Source: a virus. From it: a stretch of DNA of 64,000 nt. How positions within the stretch are numbered: position 1 is the first letter of the stretch; each line of letters opens with the position of its first letter. The notes beneath the pieces were generated by a model. That model was given only the letters and a program-made list of their open reading frames with translations. It searched no databases and was not told the DNA's origin. Of the stretch, positions 29,511 to 37,140 are shown piece after piece. Both the position numbers and the translations under genes were made by a program. Where the stretch lies: the IMG/VR virus record IMGVR_UViG_3300025941_000016, positions 35,987 through 99,986 of that record; one strand, given 5' to 3'.

Positions 29511-29789
29511 TCAGCACCCGGTGGAGTAGGCATAGGAAACTGTTCCCGTTCCGCCGCTGGTGACGGTGAGCTTGGTGCCGCCGAGGATCAGCGACACGGG
29601 CACCCCGACGGGCAGTACAAACCCACCCGAGCCGGGGGCGGTCAGTGTGACTGCGGCAGTGCCGGCGATCAGCGTCACCGCACCCGCCAATCCAGGCGCC
29701 GGCTTGATGTTCTCGACCGGAACCGGCACGCCACCCGACGTGGCCGTCACGGTGCCGGTGACGAATGGCGGATTCGGTGACGCCACCAT
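29511..29789 (-). CDS. Small beta-sandwich protein (possible capsid decoration)
   Basis: FVTGTVTATSGGV...VSYAY aligns with FVTGAVTATTSGV...VSYAY in its neighbour. Confidence 0.7.
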   Translation of the reverse strand: MVASPNPPFVTGTVTATSGGVPVPVENIKPAPGLAGAVTLIAGTAAVTLTAPGSGGFVLPVGVPVSLILGGTKLTVTSGGTGTVSYAYSTGC

Positions 29790-29790
29790 G

Positions 29791-30108
29791 TCAGGTCACC
29801 ACGTCCGCGGCGGTCTGCACGATCGTCGTCAGCGCCGACACCTGCGACGCCACATCGGCGGTCAGCACCGGGTAGGAACAGCCAGACGGCGTCACATGCA
29901 CCTCAATACCCCGGCCCTGCGGGGCCAGCCGGAGGATTGACGTGCACTTGGACGACGACAGGTAGGTGTTGACCTGGTTGACGACCGCGGCGAGGCCGGG
30001 GCCATTGAGGCTGAACGTGTCCCGGGCCGACAGGTTGAGCTGAGTGAGGCCGTTGGAGCCGGCCGTCGTTTCGATCTGGAACGGCGACCCGGTAATCGGG
30101 TTCGGCAT
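29791..30108 (-). CDS. Hypothetical virion-associated protein
   Basis: Preceded by AAGGGGG; first gene after the capsid. Confidence 0.6.
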   Translation of the reverse strand: MPNPITGSPFQIETTAGSNGLTQLNLSARDTFSLNGPGLAAVVNQVNTYLSSSKCTSILRLAPQGRGIEVHVTPSGCSYPVLTADVASQVSALTTIVQTAADVVT

Positions 30109-30130
30109 GACGCCCCCCTTTCGTGGGACG

Positions 30131-30172
30131 CCAGCGGGCCGTCCGCCGGAGTAGAGACGGACGGCCCGCTGG
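30131..30172 (-). terminator. Strong hairpin after the major capsid gene
   Basis: 15-bp inverted repeat ccagcgggccgtccg / cggacggcccgctgg, without a clear U-tract. Confidence 0.6.
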
Positions 30173-30190
30173 GGAACGAGAAGGGGGGCG

Positions 30191-31969
30191 TCAGTTCGCC
30201 GGCTGAATGCCGACGAGCATCGACGAGCGGTCCGGAGCCTCGGCAGCCAGCGTTCCAGTCCAATACACAGAGCAATCGTAGCTGAGCTGGATTACAGGCC
30301 AATCAATGGCCATGTAATCTTGCACATTCCAGATCTTCCAGGCGTTGGAGATGTTGACGTTCGGCTGGGTGATCGACGACTGGAGGATGATCGCGTTGCC
30401 CTGCGGCAGATACGGGTGAACCCGCATGTCGACGACGCGGCCGGTGACCTGGTTGAGGATCGCCGTGACCACACTGCCAAGCTTCACGCCGGCGAGTTGG
30501 TCTTCCGAGATCTCCAGCCGGTAGTTGCTGGCCGACTGGCCTCGGAGGCTGTTGGAGATCTGCATCCGGTCCTGGCCGGACAGGAAAATCTCCTCCGGGT
30601 CGGCGCGGGTGTTGTCCCAGGTCTTCGCGAACGCCTGCTGGAATTCGGCACCCGGGTTCGAAGTGGAGAACGGGGCATTGAGCCGGCCGACGTAGCCGGT
30701 GGTGCTGGCGACGGAGTGAATCCACGGAATGATGCCGTCGTACGAGTTCGCAACCGCCGACTGGCCGTCGACCGACGCCAGGTTGAGCGACGTCCCGTCG
30801 GTCGCCGTCCAGGCGGCCACCGTCGAACCGGTGGTGGGCAGCGCACCCTGGAGGGTCAGGGTCAGGGTCGGCGTCCGGCCGATGCTGAGACCGTTCGGGA
30901 ACGCCGGGCCCCGATACAGGTAGCGGGAGGCGTCACCGGGGTCGGACGACCCAGTCGACACGAAGATCTGGTAACCGGTCGCACCGACGACCGGGTTGGG
31001 GATCGTGATGTCCACAACCTGGCCGGTGCTGACGGCGATACCCGCGGAAGCCGAACTGGCCGCCGAGACGCCGAACTCACCCGACTCGGCGACGACCTTG
31101 ACGTACACGTTGGTCGTGAAGCCGGTCAGCGCCGTCTCACCGGTCGCCGCGGTGCGGGCCGAACCGGTCGGCGTACCCGAAGGAGCGGCGAGCGCACCCG
31201 CATAGCCGCCAGCAGTGCCACGCCCGTAGAGGATGACCCGCTCTTCGGTCATCATCGACGAGAACAGCGTCGACTGGCGGTCGAGTTCCCGGGTGTCCTG
31301 GAACCCCATCGCAGTCAGGTAGGTGAAGAACGACTGCTCGCCGCTGAGACCGAACTGCACATAGGGAAGGGACACGTCGTCACCGGCGAGCGAGATCTTC
31401 TTCGGCCGGTTCAGCCACAGCGGGTTCGCCGAACCGGGGTTCGCGAAATTGACCTGCGATGGGTCGGAGAAGCCGGGGTGAACGACACCCACGCCGCCGG
31501 TACCGGAACCGGTGATGCCGGTGATCCGCTTGAACTTGTGGGACGTGCCCATGCCCTTGTTGCGGGGAATCCTGTTCCTCATCGGCGTCAGGACCGGGGC
31601 GAGCATCTTCGCGGGCGATTCGAGGTCGTAGGCAACCAGACCGGCGGGAACCGGGCTGGTCGTGGTGATGTCCTTCGCCAGGAAGTCGGCGCCGAGCGCC
31701 TGGGCCGCTGCCGCTTCGATCGCGGCAAGCTGGCCGGCGTCCGCACCCATCGACCCGAACGCCTTGAACAGGACATCCTTGGCGTTGCCGCCGACTGTCT
31801 TCGTCAGGGCTGGATGCTTGCTGGACATGTCGAGGCCGACATCGCCCTTGACGGTCGACGGAGCGCCGTCGACGGCCATCTTGTAGTTGACCGCGGCGGT
31901 GGTGAGTTCGGCGGGGCTGAGCTTGGCGCCGAACAGGTCGCGGAGGTCACCGTAGGTTCCGGTGGACAT
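30191..31969 (-). CDS. Major capsid protein with an internal Ig/Fn3-like insertion
   Basis: Follows the protease/scaffold gene. Motifs LVAYDLESPAKML...TPMRNRIPR, MMTEERVILYG, VHPYLPQG, DYMAIDWP; very strong codon bias. Confidence 0.85.
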   Translation of the reverse strand: MSTGTYGDLRDLFGAKLSPAELTTAAVNYKMAVDGAPSTVKGDVGLDMSSKHPALTKTVGGNAKDVLFKAFGSMGADAGQLAAIEAAAAQALGADFLAKDITTTSPVPAGLVAYDLESPAKMLAPVLTPMRNRIPRNKGMGTSHKFKRITGITGSGTGGVGVVHPGFSDPSQVNFANPGSANPLWLNRPKKISLAGDDVSLPYVQFGLSGEQSFFTYLTAMGFQDTRELDRQSTLFSSMMTEERVILYGRGTAGGYAGALAAPSGTPTGSARTAATGETALTGFTTNVYVKVVAESGEFGVSAASSASAGIAVSTGQVVDITIPNPVVGATGYQIFVSTGSSDPGDASRYLYRGPAFPNGLSIGRTPTLTLTLQGALPTTGSTVAAWTATDGTSLNLASVDGQSAVANSYDGIIPWIHSVASTTGYVGRLNAPFSTSNPGAEFQQAFAKTWDNTRADPEEIFLSGQDRMQISNSLRGQSASNYRLEISEDQLAGVKLGSVVTAILNQVTGRVVDMRVHPYLPQGNAIILQSSITQPNVNISNAWKIWNVQDYMAIDWPVIQLSYDCSVYWTGTLAAEAPDRSSMLVGIQPAN

Positions 31970-32051
31970 GGCTAGCCCTCTCTTGGGCATGCGAAAGGCC
32001 CGCCCCTGTGTCAGGTGGCGGGTCTTGGAAGTTGGTGGGGGAGGGCCGCGA

Positions 32052-33812
32052 CTAGGCGGCGGTGAGCTTGCCCAGCTCGGTGTTGATCGCCGCCCGGAAT
32101 TCGGGTGACGGATGCGCGTCGAGCATCTTGGTGAGCGTCGCCGCGCGGGCCGCCTTCTCCGCCTTCTCGACGGATTCGGCGGGGGTGACAGCGGGCGCGA
32201 CGCGAGTCACCGCAGGTCCGCCCGGCCTCGGGGTGCTCTTGAGCAGCGTCTCCACCTCTGCCACCCGGTCGATGACCGGGCCCATGGCCTTCGTGAGGAC
32301 GTCGCCGAGTTGCCCTGCAAGGTCGGCGGTCACCTTGTCGGCGACGGCCTTTGTCAGCGTCTCGGTGTCGGTGGTGCTGGCCGCCGCAGGGGCGGAGGTC
32401 TCAGAGGCGGCGGCCTTGAGCGCGGCGTTCTTGCGGGCCTTCTTCATCGCCTTCTCCAGCCGGCGGGAAAGCTCGTCCGACAGGCTGGGGGCGGCAGGCG
32501 CAGCCGGCTCGGTGGGCTCGGCAGCCTTCTCGACGTCCGGGGTTGCGGCGAGCTGCATCACGGTCGGAGCCGGGGTGGTGTCGCCGCCGGCAGCAGTGTT
32601 CTCCGCCATGGCGGCGGCCTCCAATTCGTAGGTCTCGCGCTCGACGAAGCAGGTCAGGGTGGCCATGACGCCCACGAGCATGTCCATATCGGCGACCTCA
32701 CCGAAGCCGCCACCGGAAAGGAAACCGGCCGCTTCGGACGCCACCAGGGAGGCAAGGTCGGCGAGGATGCGCTTGGCGCGGGCGATGTCGTCCAGCTCGT
32801 CGTCGACCGACTTGACAATGTCCGGATCGGTGGTCTTCTCGACAGGCTCGGGCTTGGCTGCTGGCTCGTCGGCAGGTGTCTGCTGCTTGGCGAGTTCGGC
32901 GAGAACCGCTTTCACGATCGCGTCGACATCAGGCCCGGCGGCCTTGGACGCAGTGGCAGGCTTCGGCTTGTTCGACGGGTGGTCGGCGTCGTCCTCGTCT
33001 TCGGTGCCGTCCCCGTCGTCGTCCGCGTCGTCACGGTTGTGCTTGCCGTCGCCGTCAGGGTCCGACCCGCCCTTGCCGCCGTCTTCGGAGGTGAAGGGCT
33101 TGGCCTTCCGCTTCTCCAGCGTCTCCGGGTCGGCTGCGTCCGGGTCGTCCGGGTTCGCGACGACCAAGGGGGCGGTGAGTTCGTCCACCAGGGCGGCGGT
33201 CATCGGACGCACCTGCCCGTCTGCGGTCTTGAGCAGCATCTGCGGACGGGTGATGATGTCGCCTTCGGCCGTCTTCTCGATGGCGTCGGTGTCCTCTTCG
33301 AGGTGCTGGTCTTCGACGACTTCGAGCGTGCCAGCGGCCTTGTTCAGGGTCGCCATCCGAAGAACGGCAGTCGGGAGCGAGGGGCGGTCGACGGCACTTA
33401 CCTCAGTGACGTCCCCACGGCACACCATTCCGTTCGGGGCGTTGGTGGCCTTGGCCAGACCATAGTTCGCCACGCCGATTGAGAAGCCGGACAGAATGCC
33501 ATGCTCAATCTTCTTTTCGGCGACCGGGTCAACGATCTTCGCGCGCATGTGCCACGAATGGTCGTCGGTCTCCCAGACCTCGACGGCCTTACCGATCGGC
33601 CGCTGGGCCGAGTGACCCTCACGGACGTTCCCACCTGATGGCCCGTGCATGTACGCCGGAATCGCGGCTTTGAGCCACGTCGGGTCCATCCGCTGGCCGT
33701 CCGAGTCGAGGTCTGGGCCGGTGAACTTGCCCTCGACCCACAGAACGCCATCGGCGTCCCGCTCCTTGCGTAGGAACGGGGTGTAGATGTCCAGCCGCTC
33801 AGCGACAGGCAT
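32052..33812 (-). CDS. Prohead protease fused to a scaffolding region
   Basis: Motifs GNVREGH, GILSGFSIG, EVSAVDRP, followed by an acidic/helical C-terminal region. Confidence 0.85.
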   Translation of the reverse strand: MPVAERLDIYTPFLRKERDADGVLWVEGKFTGPDLDSDGQRMDPTWLKAAIPAYMHGPSGGNVREGHSAQRPIGKAVEVWETDDHSWHMRAKIVDPVAEKKIEHGILSGFSIGVANYGLAKATNAPNGMVCRGDVTEVSAVDRPSLPTAVLRMATLNKAAGTLEVVEDQHLEEDTDAIEKTAEGDIITRPQMLLKTADGQVRPMTAALVDELTAPLVVANPDDPDAADPETLEKRKAKPFTSEDGGKGGSDPDGDGKHNRDDADDDGDGTEDEDDADHPSNKPKPATASKAAGPDVDAIVKAVLAELAKQQTPADEPAAKPEPVEKTTDPDIVKSVDDELDDIARAKRILADLASLVASEAAGFLSGGGFGEVADMDMLVGVMATLTCFVERETYELEAAAMAENTAAGGDTTPAPTVMQLAATPDVEKAAEPTEPAAPAAPSLSDELSRRLEKAMKKARKNAALKAAASETSAPAAASTTDTETLTKAVADKVTADLAGQLGDVLTKAMGPVIDRVAEVETLLKSTPRPGGPAVTRVAPAVTPAESVEKAEKAARAATLTKMLDAHPSPEFRAAINTELGKLTAA

Positions 33813-33868
33813 GGTGAGACCACCTCGCGAGGTGAGACCAGCCGCGCGAGGGCTGGGAGAATGAAGGA

Positions 33869-34165
33869 ATGAGCGACGAGACGCCGCGTGAGCCGCGGGT
33901 TGTGGTGGTCGACCTCGACGAGAACGGCTACGGCCGCGTCGACCCGCCGGTCACGGTCAGCGCCGAAGACCCGGTCCAGTTCGCGGTGAGAATGCCCAGC
34001 GATCTGGCGTCACGGGTCGCACCCGGCCTGCTGCACGGCCTGTCGATCGGCACGCCCGCCACGGAGGGTGGACAGGATGCGGACCGGCTGATCCCCTACT
34101 GGGATCGGACCAACATGGCCATTGATGCGCCTGTCATGCCGCGATCATCCGGCGAGGACGAGTAG
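33869..34165 (+). CDS. Antisense moron, hypothetical protein, probably leaderless
   Basis: TGG-GAGAAT lies 6 nt upstream of the ATG; coding-like GC3. Confidence 0.6.
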   Translation: MSDETPREPRVVVVDLDENGYGRVDPPVTVSAEDPVQFAVRMPSDLASRVAPGLLHGLSIGTPATEGGQDADRLIPYWDRTNMAIDAPVMPRSSGEDE

Positions 34166-34366
34166 CCCTAGCGCCGCCTCGCAGCGCAGAACGGTGCGGC
34201 CCAGCCCGGTCAGCCGCCGGTAGTCGACCGGATCGGCGTTGAGCACGTCCAGGGCGTGATCGAGCAGCACATCGGCCAGCAGTGCGGCGTGGGGCGAAGG
34301 GTCGCAGAGTAAGGCCAACCTGACGGCGTGGACGCGGGCGGCGAGGTCGTCCGGGTCAGCCCGCAT
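34145..34366 (-). CDS. Small helical hypothetical protein
   Basis: MRADPDDLAARV...; start overlaps the end of the ParB-like gene. Confidence 0.5.
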   Translation of the reverse strand: MRADPDDLAARVHAVRLALLCDPSPHAALLADVLLDHALDVLNADPVDYRRLTGLGRTVLRCEAALGLLVLAG

Positions 34367-34781
34367 CGGTGTCCTTGGGGGCGTCGGCCGGCGGGCTCTG
34401 CGGATCGTTTGCCGCGCGCCAACGCTGGTAGGCGGCGTACACGTCACGCTCCTGCTTCCAGCCGTCCGACGGGAAGACGAGCGCAGGTATCGACGGATCT
34501 TCCAGCAGTGTCGCCGCCGTGACCCGGTGTTGGCCTTCGACGCAGAGGAGGGAGCCGGACTTTCGGACGCCGACCAGTACGGGATGGTGCTGCCGCACGT
34601 CTTCGGACGCCTTCATCAGCGCGCCGACCTTGGACGGCTGGAGCGGGCGCTGATAGTGAACCCGGTCGATCATGATGAGTTGAGGGTCCAGATCGCACGG
34701 GGTCAGCGGGTCGTCCAAGCCGAGGTCTTCGGCGGTGTACGTCGGATGGTCGGCGGGCTCGTCAGCCAACAGGACCACCAA
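34356..34781 (-). CDS. ParB/Srx N-terminal-like domain protein
   Basis: YQRPL...PVLVGVR...CVEGQHRVTAA...IPALV. Confidence 0.75.
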   Translation of the reverse strand: MVVLLADEPADHPTYTAEDLGLDDPLTPCDLDPQLIMIDRVHYQRPLQPSKVGALMKASEDVRQHHPVLVGVRKSGSLLCVEGQHRVTAATLLEDPSIPALVFPSDGWKQERDVYAAYQRWRAANDPQSPPADAPKDTDAG

Positions 34782-35127
34782 ACCCCGGATTGCGGCGCCT
34801 GTCGCGCAGTGTCTGCCGCTGTATCTCTTGGTAGAGTCGCTTGCCGTCGATGTGTACCGGGGTGCCGTCGGGAAGGCTGCCGATTGGTGCGTGCTGCCTT
34901 TCGGCGTGGATCGCGTCGACCTTGGCGTGTAGGTCGGCGAGCGCCTGTTCGTGGGCGTCGTGACGTGCGTGCATCTCGTCGCGGTGTTCGGCGAGCTTGC
35001 GGCCGAAGTGGACCTTGGCCCGCCAGAAGGCGACCATGGCGGCGAGCGGCGCCCAGATCAGCGAGGCGATCAGGTTGGTGAGGACCGAGCCGTTGGGGAA
35101 TCCGAACAGATCGACGAGCGTGCCCAT
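34762..35127 (-). CDS. Membrane protein whose C-terminus resembles the tape measure C-terminus
   Basis: TM helix VLTNLIASLIWAPLAAMVAFW, His-rich coiled coil, then VHIDGKRLYQEIQRQTLRDRRRNP. Confidence 0.7.
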   Translation of the reverse strand: MGTLVDLFGFPNGSVLTNLIASLIWAPLAAMVAFWRAKVHFGRKLAEHRDEMHARHDAHEQALADLHAKVDAIHAERQHAPIGSLPDGTPVHIDGKRLYQEIQRQTLRDRRRNPGFGGPVG

Positions 35128-35130
35128 CGG

Positions 35131-35931
35131 CTACCCCTCGTCGTCGTCTTCCTCGTCGGCGGTGTCCTGTTGTCCCTGCCGCCGGGCGCCGAGTGCTGCC
35201 AGGGCGGCGGCGACCGCGGACGGGTCCATGTGGCGGGTGCTGCCGACGGTGTCGTGCTGGGCGATGTCGACCGGCGGTGGGGGTGCCGGTTCGGTTGGTT
35301 CCGCCTCAGCCTCGGCGTTGCCCAGCGTGTCGTCGAGTGCGCCGGAGGAGATGCCAGGGACGTAGCCCATGGCCTGCGCGTCGGCCAGCGGCATCGTGTC
35401 GGCGATCACTGCACATCGGCAACCCGGATGGGTGGGGCAAATGCCGGCGGGTGGGTCGGTGTCGAGCGGGTACGGCCCGTCGTCCTGGTTGGTCTGGCAG
35501 TCCTGGCACACCCTGACGTCGTTAGCCGTGAGGATCGAGTAGGCCTCAACAACGCCCGACGTCCTGTACGACTCGATCGACGCGGCTGTCATCGCCCGCG
35601 CCATCTCAGTAGTGGCAACCATTCCGGCCCACTGGGGGTCGTCCAACACTCCGCGCAGGGTGCGGGCCAAGGTGTCGGCCGAGTCGCCGCGGGCCACCGC
35701 ATCGGCCACAGCGGAGGCGAGACGGTCAAGGCGGTGGTCTTCGATCGAGGCGAGCAACGAGCCGCGTTGTGCTGCCCGGTCGGACCAGCTTGGGTTGCGG
35801 CCGACGGCGGTGGCGATCAGCTCGTCCAGCTTGGCGGCCTGGCGGGCGGCGGGGATGTTGCCCGGAGTCCAGGCGTCCCAGTTGATGGTTGCAGAGAGCG
35901 GCTGACCAGCCAAAATGCACCGTCCGGCCAT
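35131..35931 (-). CDS. Mu gpF/SPP1 gp7-like head morphogenesis protein, C-terminal part
   Basis: MVATTEMARA, DVRVCQDC, PTHPGCRC. Confidence 0.85.
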   Translation of the reverse strand: MAGRCILAGQPLSATINWDAWTPGNIPAARQAAKLDELIATAVGRNPSWSDRAAQRGSLLASIEDHRLDRLASAVADAVARGDSADTLARTLRGVLDDPQWAGMVATTEMARAMTAASIESYRTSGVVEAYSILTANDVRVCQDCQTNQDDGPYPLDTDPPAGICPTHPGCRCAVIADTMPLADAQAMGYVPGISSGALDDTLGNAEAEAEPTEPAPPPPVDIAQHDTVGSTRHMDPSAVAAALAALGARRQGQQDTADEEDDDEG

Positions 35932-35968
35932 TCACCCTTGTTGCACGGTTTGTTATACAATGGTTGAC

Positions 35969-36193
35969 ATGGAACGGGAGCTAATCGGCCTCCGCATCGG
36001 AGGTGAAGGACTCGCCCGCGTTCGCCGCATCGCCGGAGCGCTCAACGGCGACGGCAACCCGAGAAGCAAGCTCAGCCCGACCCTCCGTGCGGTCATCGCT
36101 GATGGGTTGGCTGCACGTGAGGTCGCCTGCAAGAAGCAACACCGAGGGCCAATCGCCGCCGGGGTGTGTGGCCACTGTGGAAGGGAACTCTGA
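35969..36193 (+). CDS. Ribbon-helix-helix-like protein with Zn ribbon (moron, leaderless)
   Basis: TACAAT at 35956-35961 lies 7 nt before the ATG. LIGLRI...LSPTLRAVIADGL, then C...H...CGHC. Confidence 0.65.
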   Translation: MERELIGLRIGGEGLARVRRIAGALNGDGNPRSKLSPTLRAVIADGLAAREVACKKQHRGPIAAGVCGHCGREL

Positions 36194-36585
36194 TGGAGCA
36201 GAGAACGGCACAGACGGCCACGGTCGATGTCCTGACCGCTGAGGTTCGGGTCCTCATGATCGGTTCGCGGCAGGTCACCATGTCGGTGTACAAGCAACTC
36301 GACTGGATCGCGCCCGACAAGATCGTGCCGTTCGGTCGGATCAACGACGGTGAACGTTGGGTGAGCAGTGACGTCGAGCGACTTGTCGTCGTAGGCCAGA
36401 ATCCGGACGATGGTTCGCTCGTGCGGGCGCGCTTCCGTCGCCAGCACAGAGGCACCGTTGTCAGGACCGGCGAGAAGTTGATCAAGTACAGCGACTCTGC
36501 CGATGCGTCGATGCGTCTCTGCACCCGCTCCGAGTGGGAGGCTGCCGAGGCGCTGCCCCTGATCGTCCTCGCAGGTCTCCGCTGA
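36193..36585 (+). CDS. Phage hypothetical protein (second moron gene)
   Basis: TGATG overlap with the previous gene; TATVDVLTAEVRVLMIGSRQVTMSVYKQLD. Confidence 0.7.
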   Translation: MEQRTAQTATVDVLTAEVRVLMIGSRQVTMSVYKQLDWIAPDKIVPFGRINDGERWVSSDVERLVVVGQNPDDGSLVRARFRRQHRGTVVRTGEKLIKYSDSADASMRLCTRSEWEAAEALPLIVLAGLR

Positions 36586-36639
36586 GCGGTTATGCGTGCT
36601 GGCGCCGTGGCCGCCTCAAGCTGCGACGCCAGCACGGTC

Positions 36640-37140
36640 TCAGAAGATGCTGCGGCCACCACGGGGTGCGCCAGGTGCTTCGCGCATGAGCTGATCCAGA
36701 TCGCGCAGTTCGCGTTTCCGCCCGGGATCGTCGGGCTTCGCGGCCTTGAACGTAGGTGTCGGCCGGTGATGTAGCGGCACTGCGACTGTCGGTGGCACTG
36801 ACGGTTTCACCCGCGCCACAGCGTCGTCTGCCGCTACCTCCCCGGCTTTCCACCCTGCCCGGTAGACCTCGGTCAGCGCCGGGCCGAGCACACCCTTACG
36901 GGCGTGCTGGTCGAGGATCATCCGTATCTCAGCCCGCAGAACCGCCGGGTCGGTGGTCGTCCCAGACGGCCAGCGGGACGTGAGCACGTTCGCAACCTGC
37001 TCACAGTCGATAATCCGGCTGGCAGCCTGGGATACCTGCTTCGCGAAGCGCGGCCCTAGCTGGTCGTGGGCTTGGAAGCCCAGCCATGCCGCCCGCTCCC
37101 GTTGCCGGTTGCGGGCTTTCGGCTCGCCCCCCGCCACCAC
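36640..37140 (-). CDS. N-terminal part of the gpF-like protein, overlapping the portal 3' end in the +1 frame
   Basis: Helical segment LTEVYRAGWKAGEVAA of the kind that precedes the WxxWxPG motif found in 35131..35931. Confidence 0.55.
   Translation of the reverse strand: MVAGGEPKARNRQRERAAWLGFQAHDQLGPRFAKQVSQAASRIIDCEQVANVLTSRWPSGTTTDPAVLRAEIRMILDQHARKGVLGPALTEVYRAGWKAGEVAADDAVARVKPSVPPTVAVPLHHRPTPTFKAAKPDDPGRKRELRDLDQLMREAPGAPRGGRSIF

Noticed and set aside
888-33482. Long + strand ORFs such as 3258..4820, 6129..8573, 9600..11165, 13608..15317, 30320..31975 and 32112..33482
   Set aside because: They are antisense shadows of real minus-strand genes, expected from high GC3 and few stop codons, and carry no recognisable motifs.
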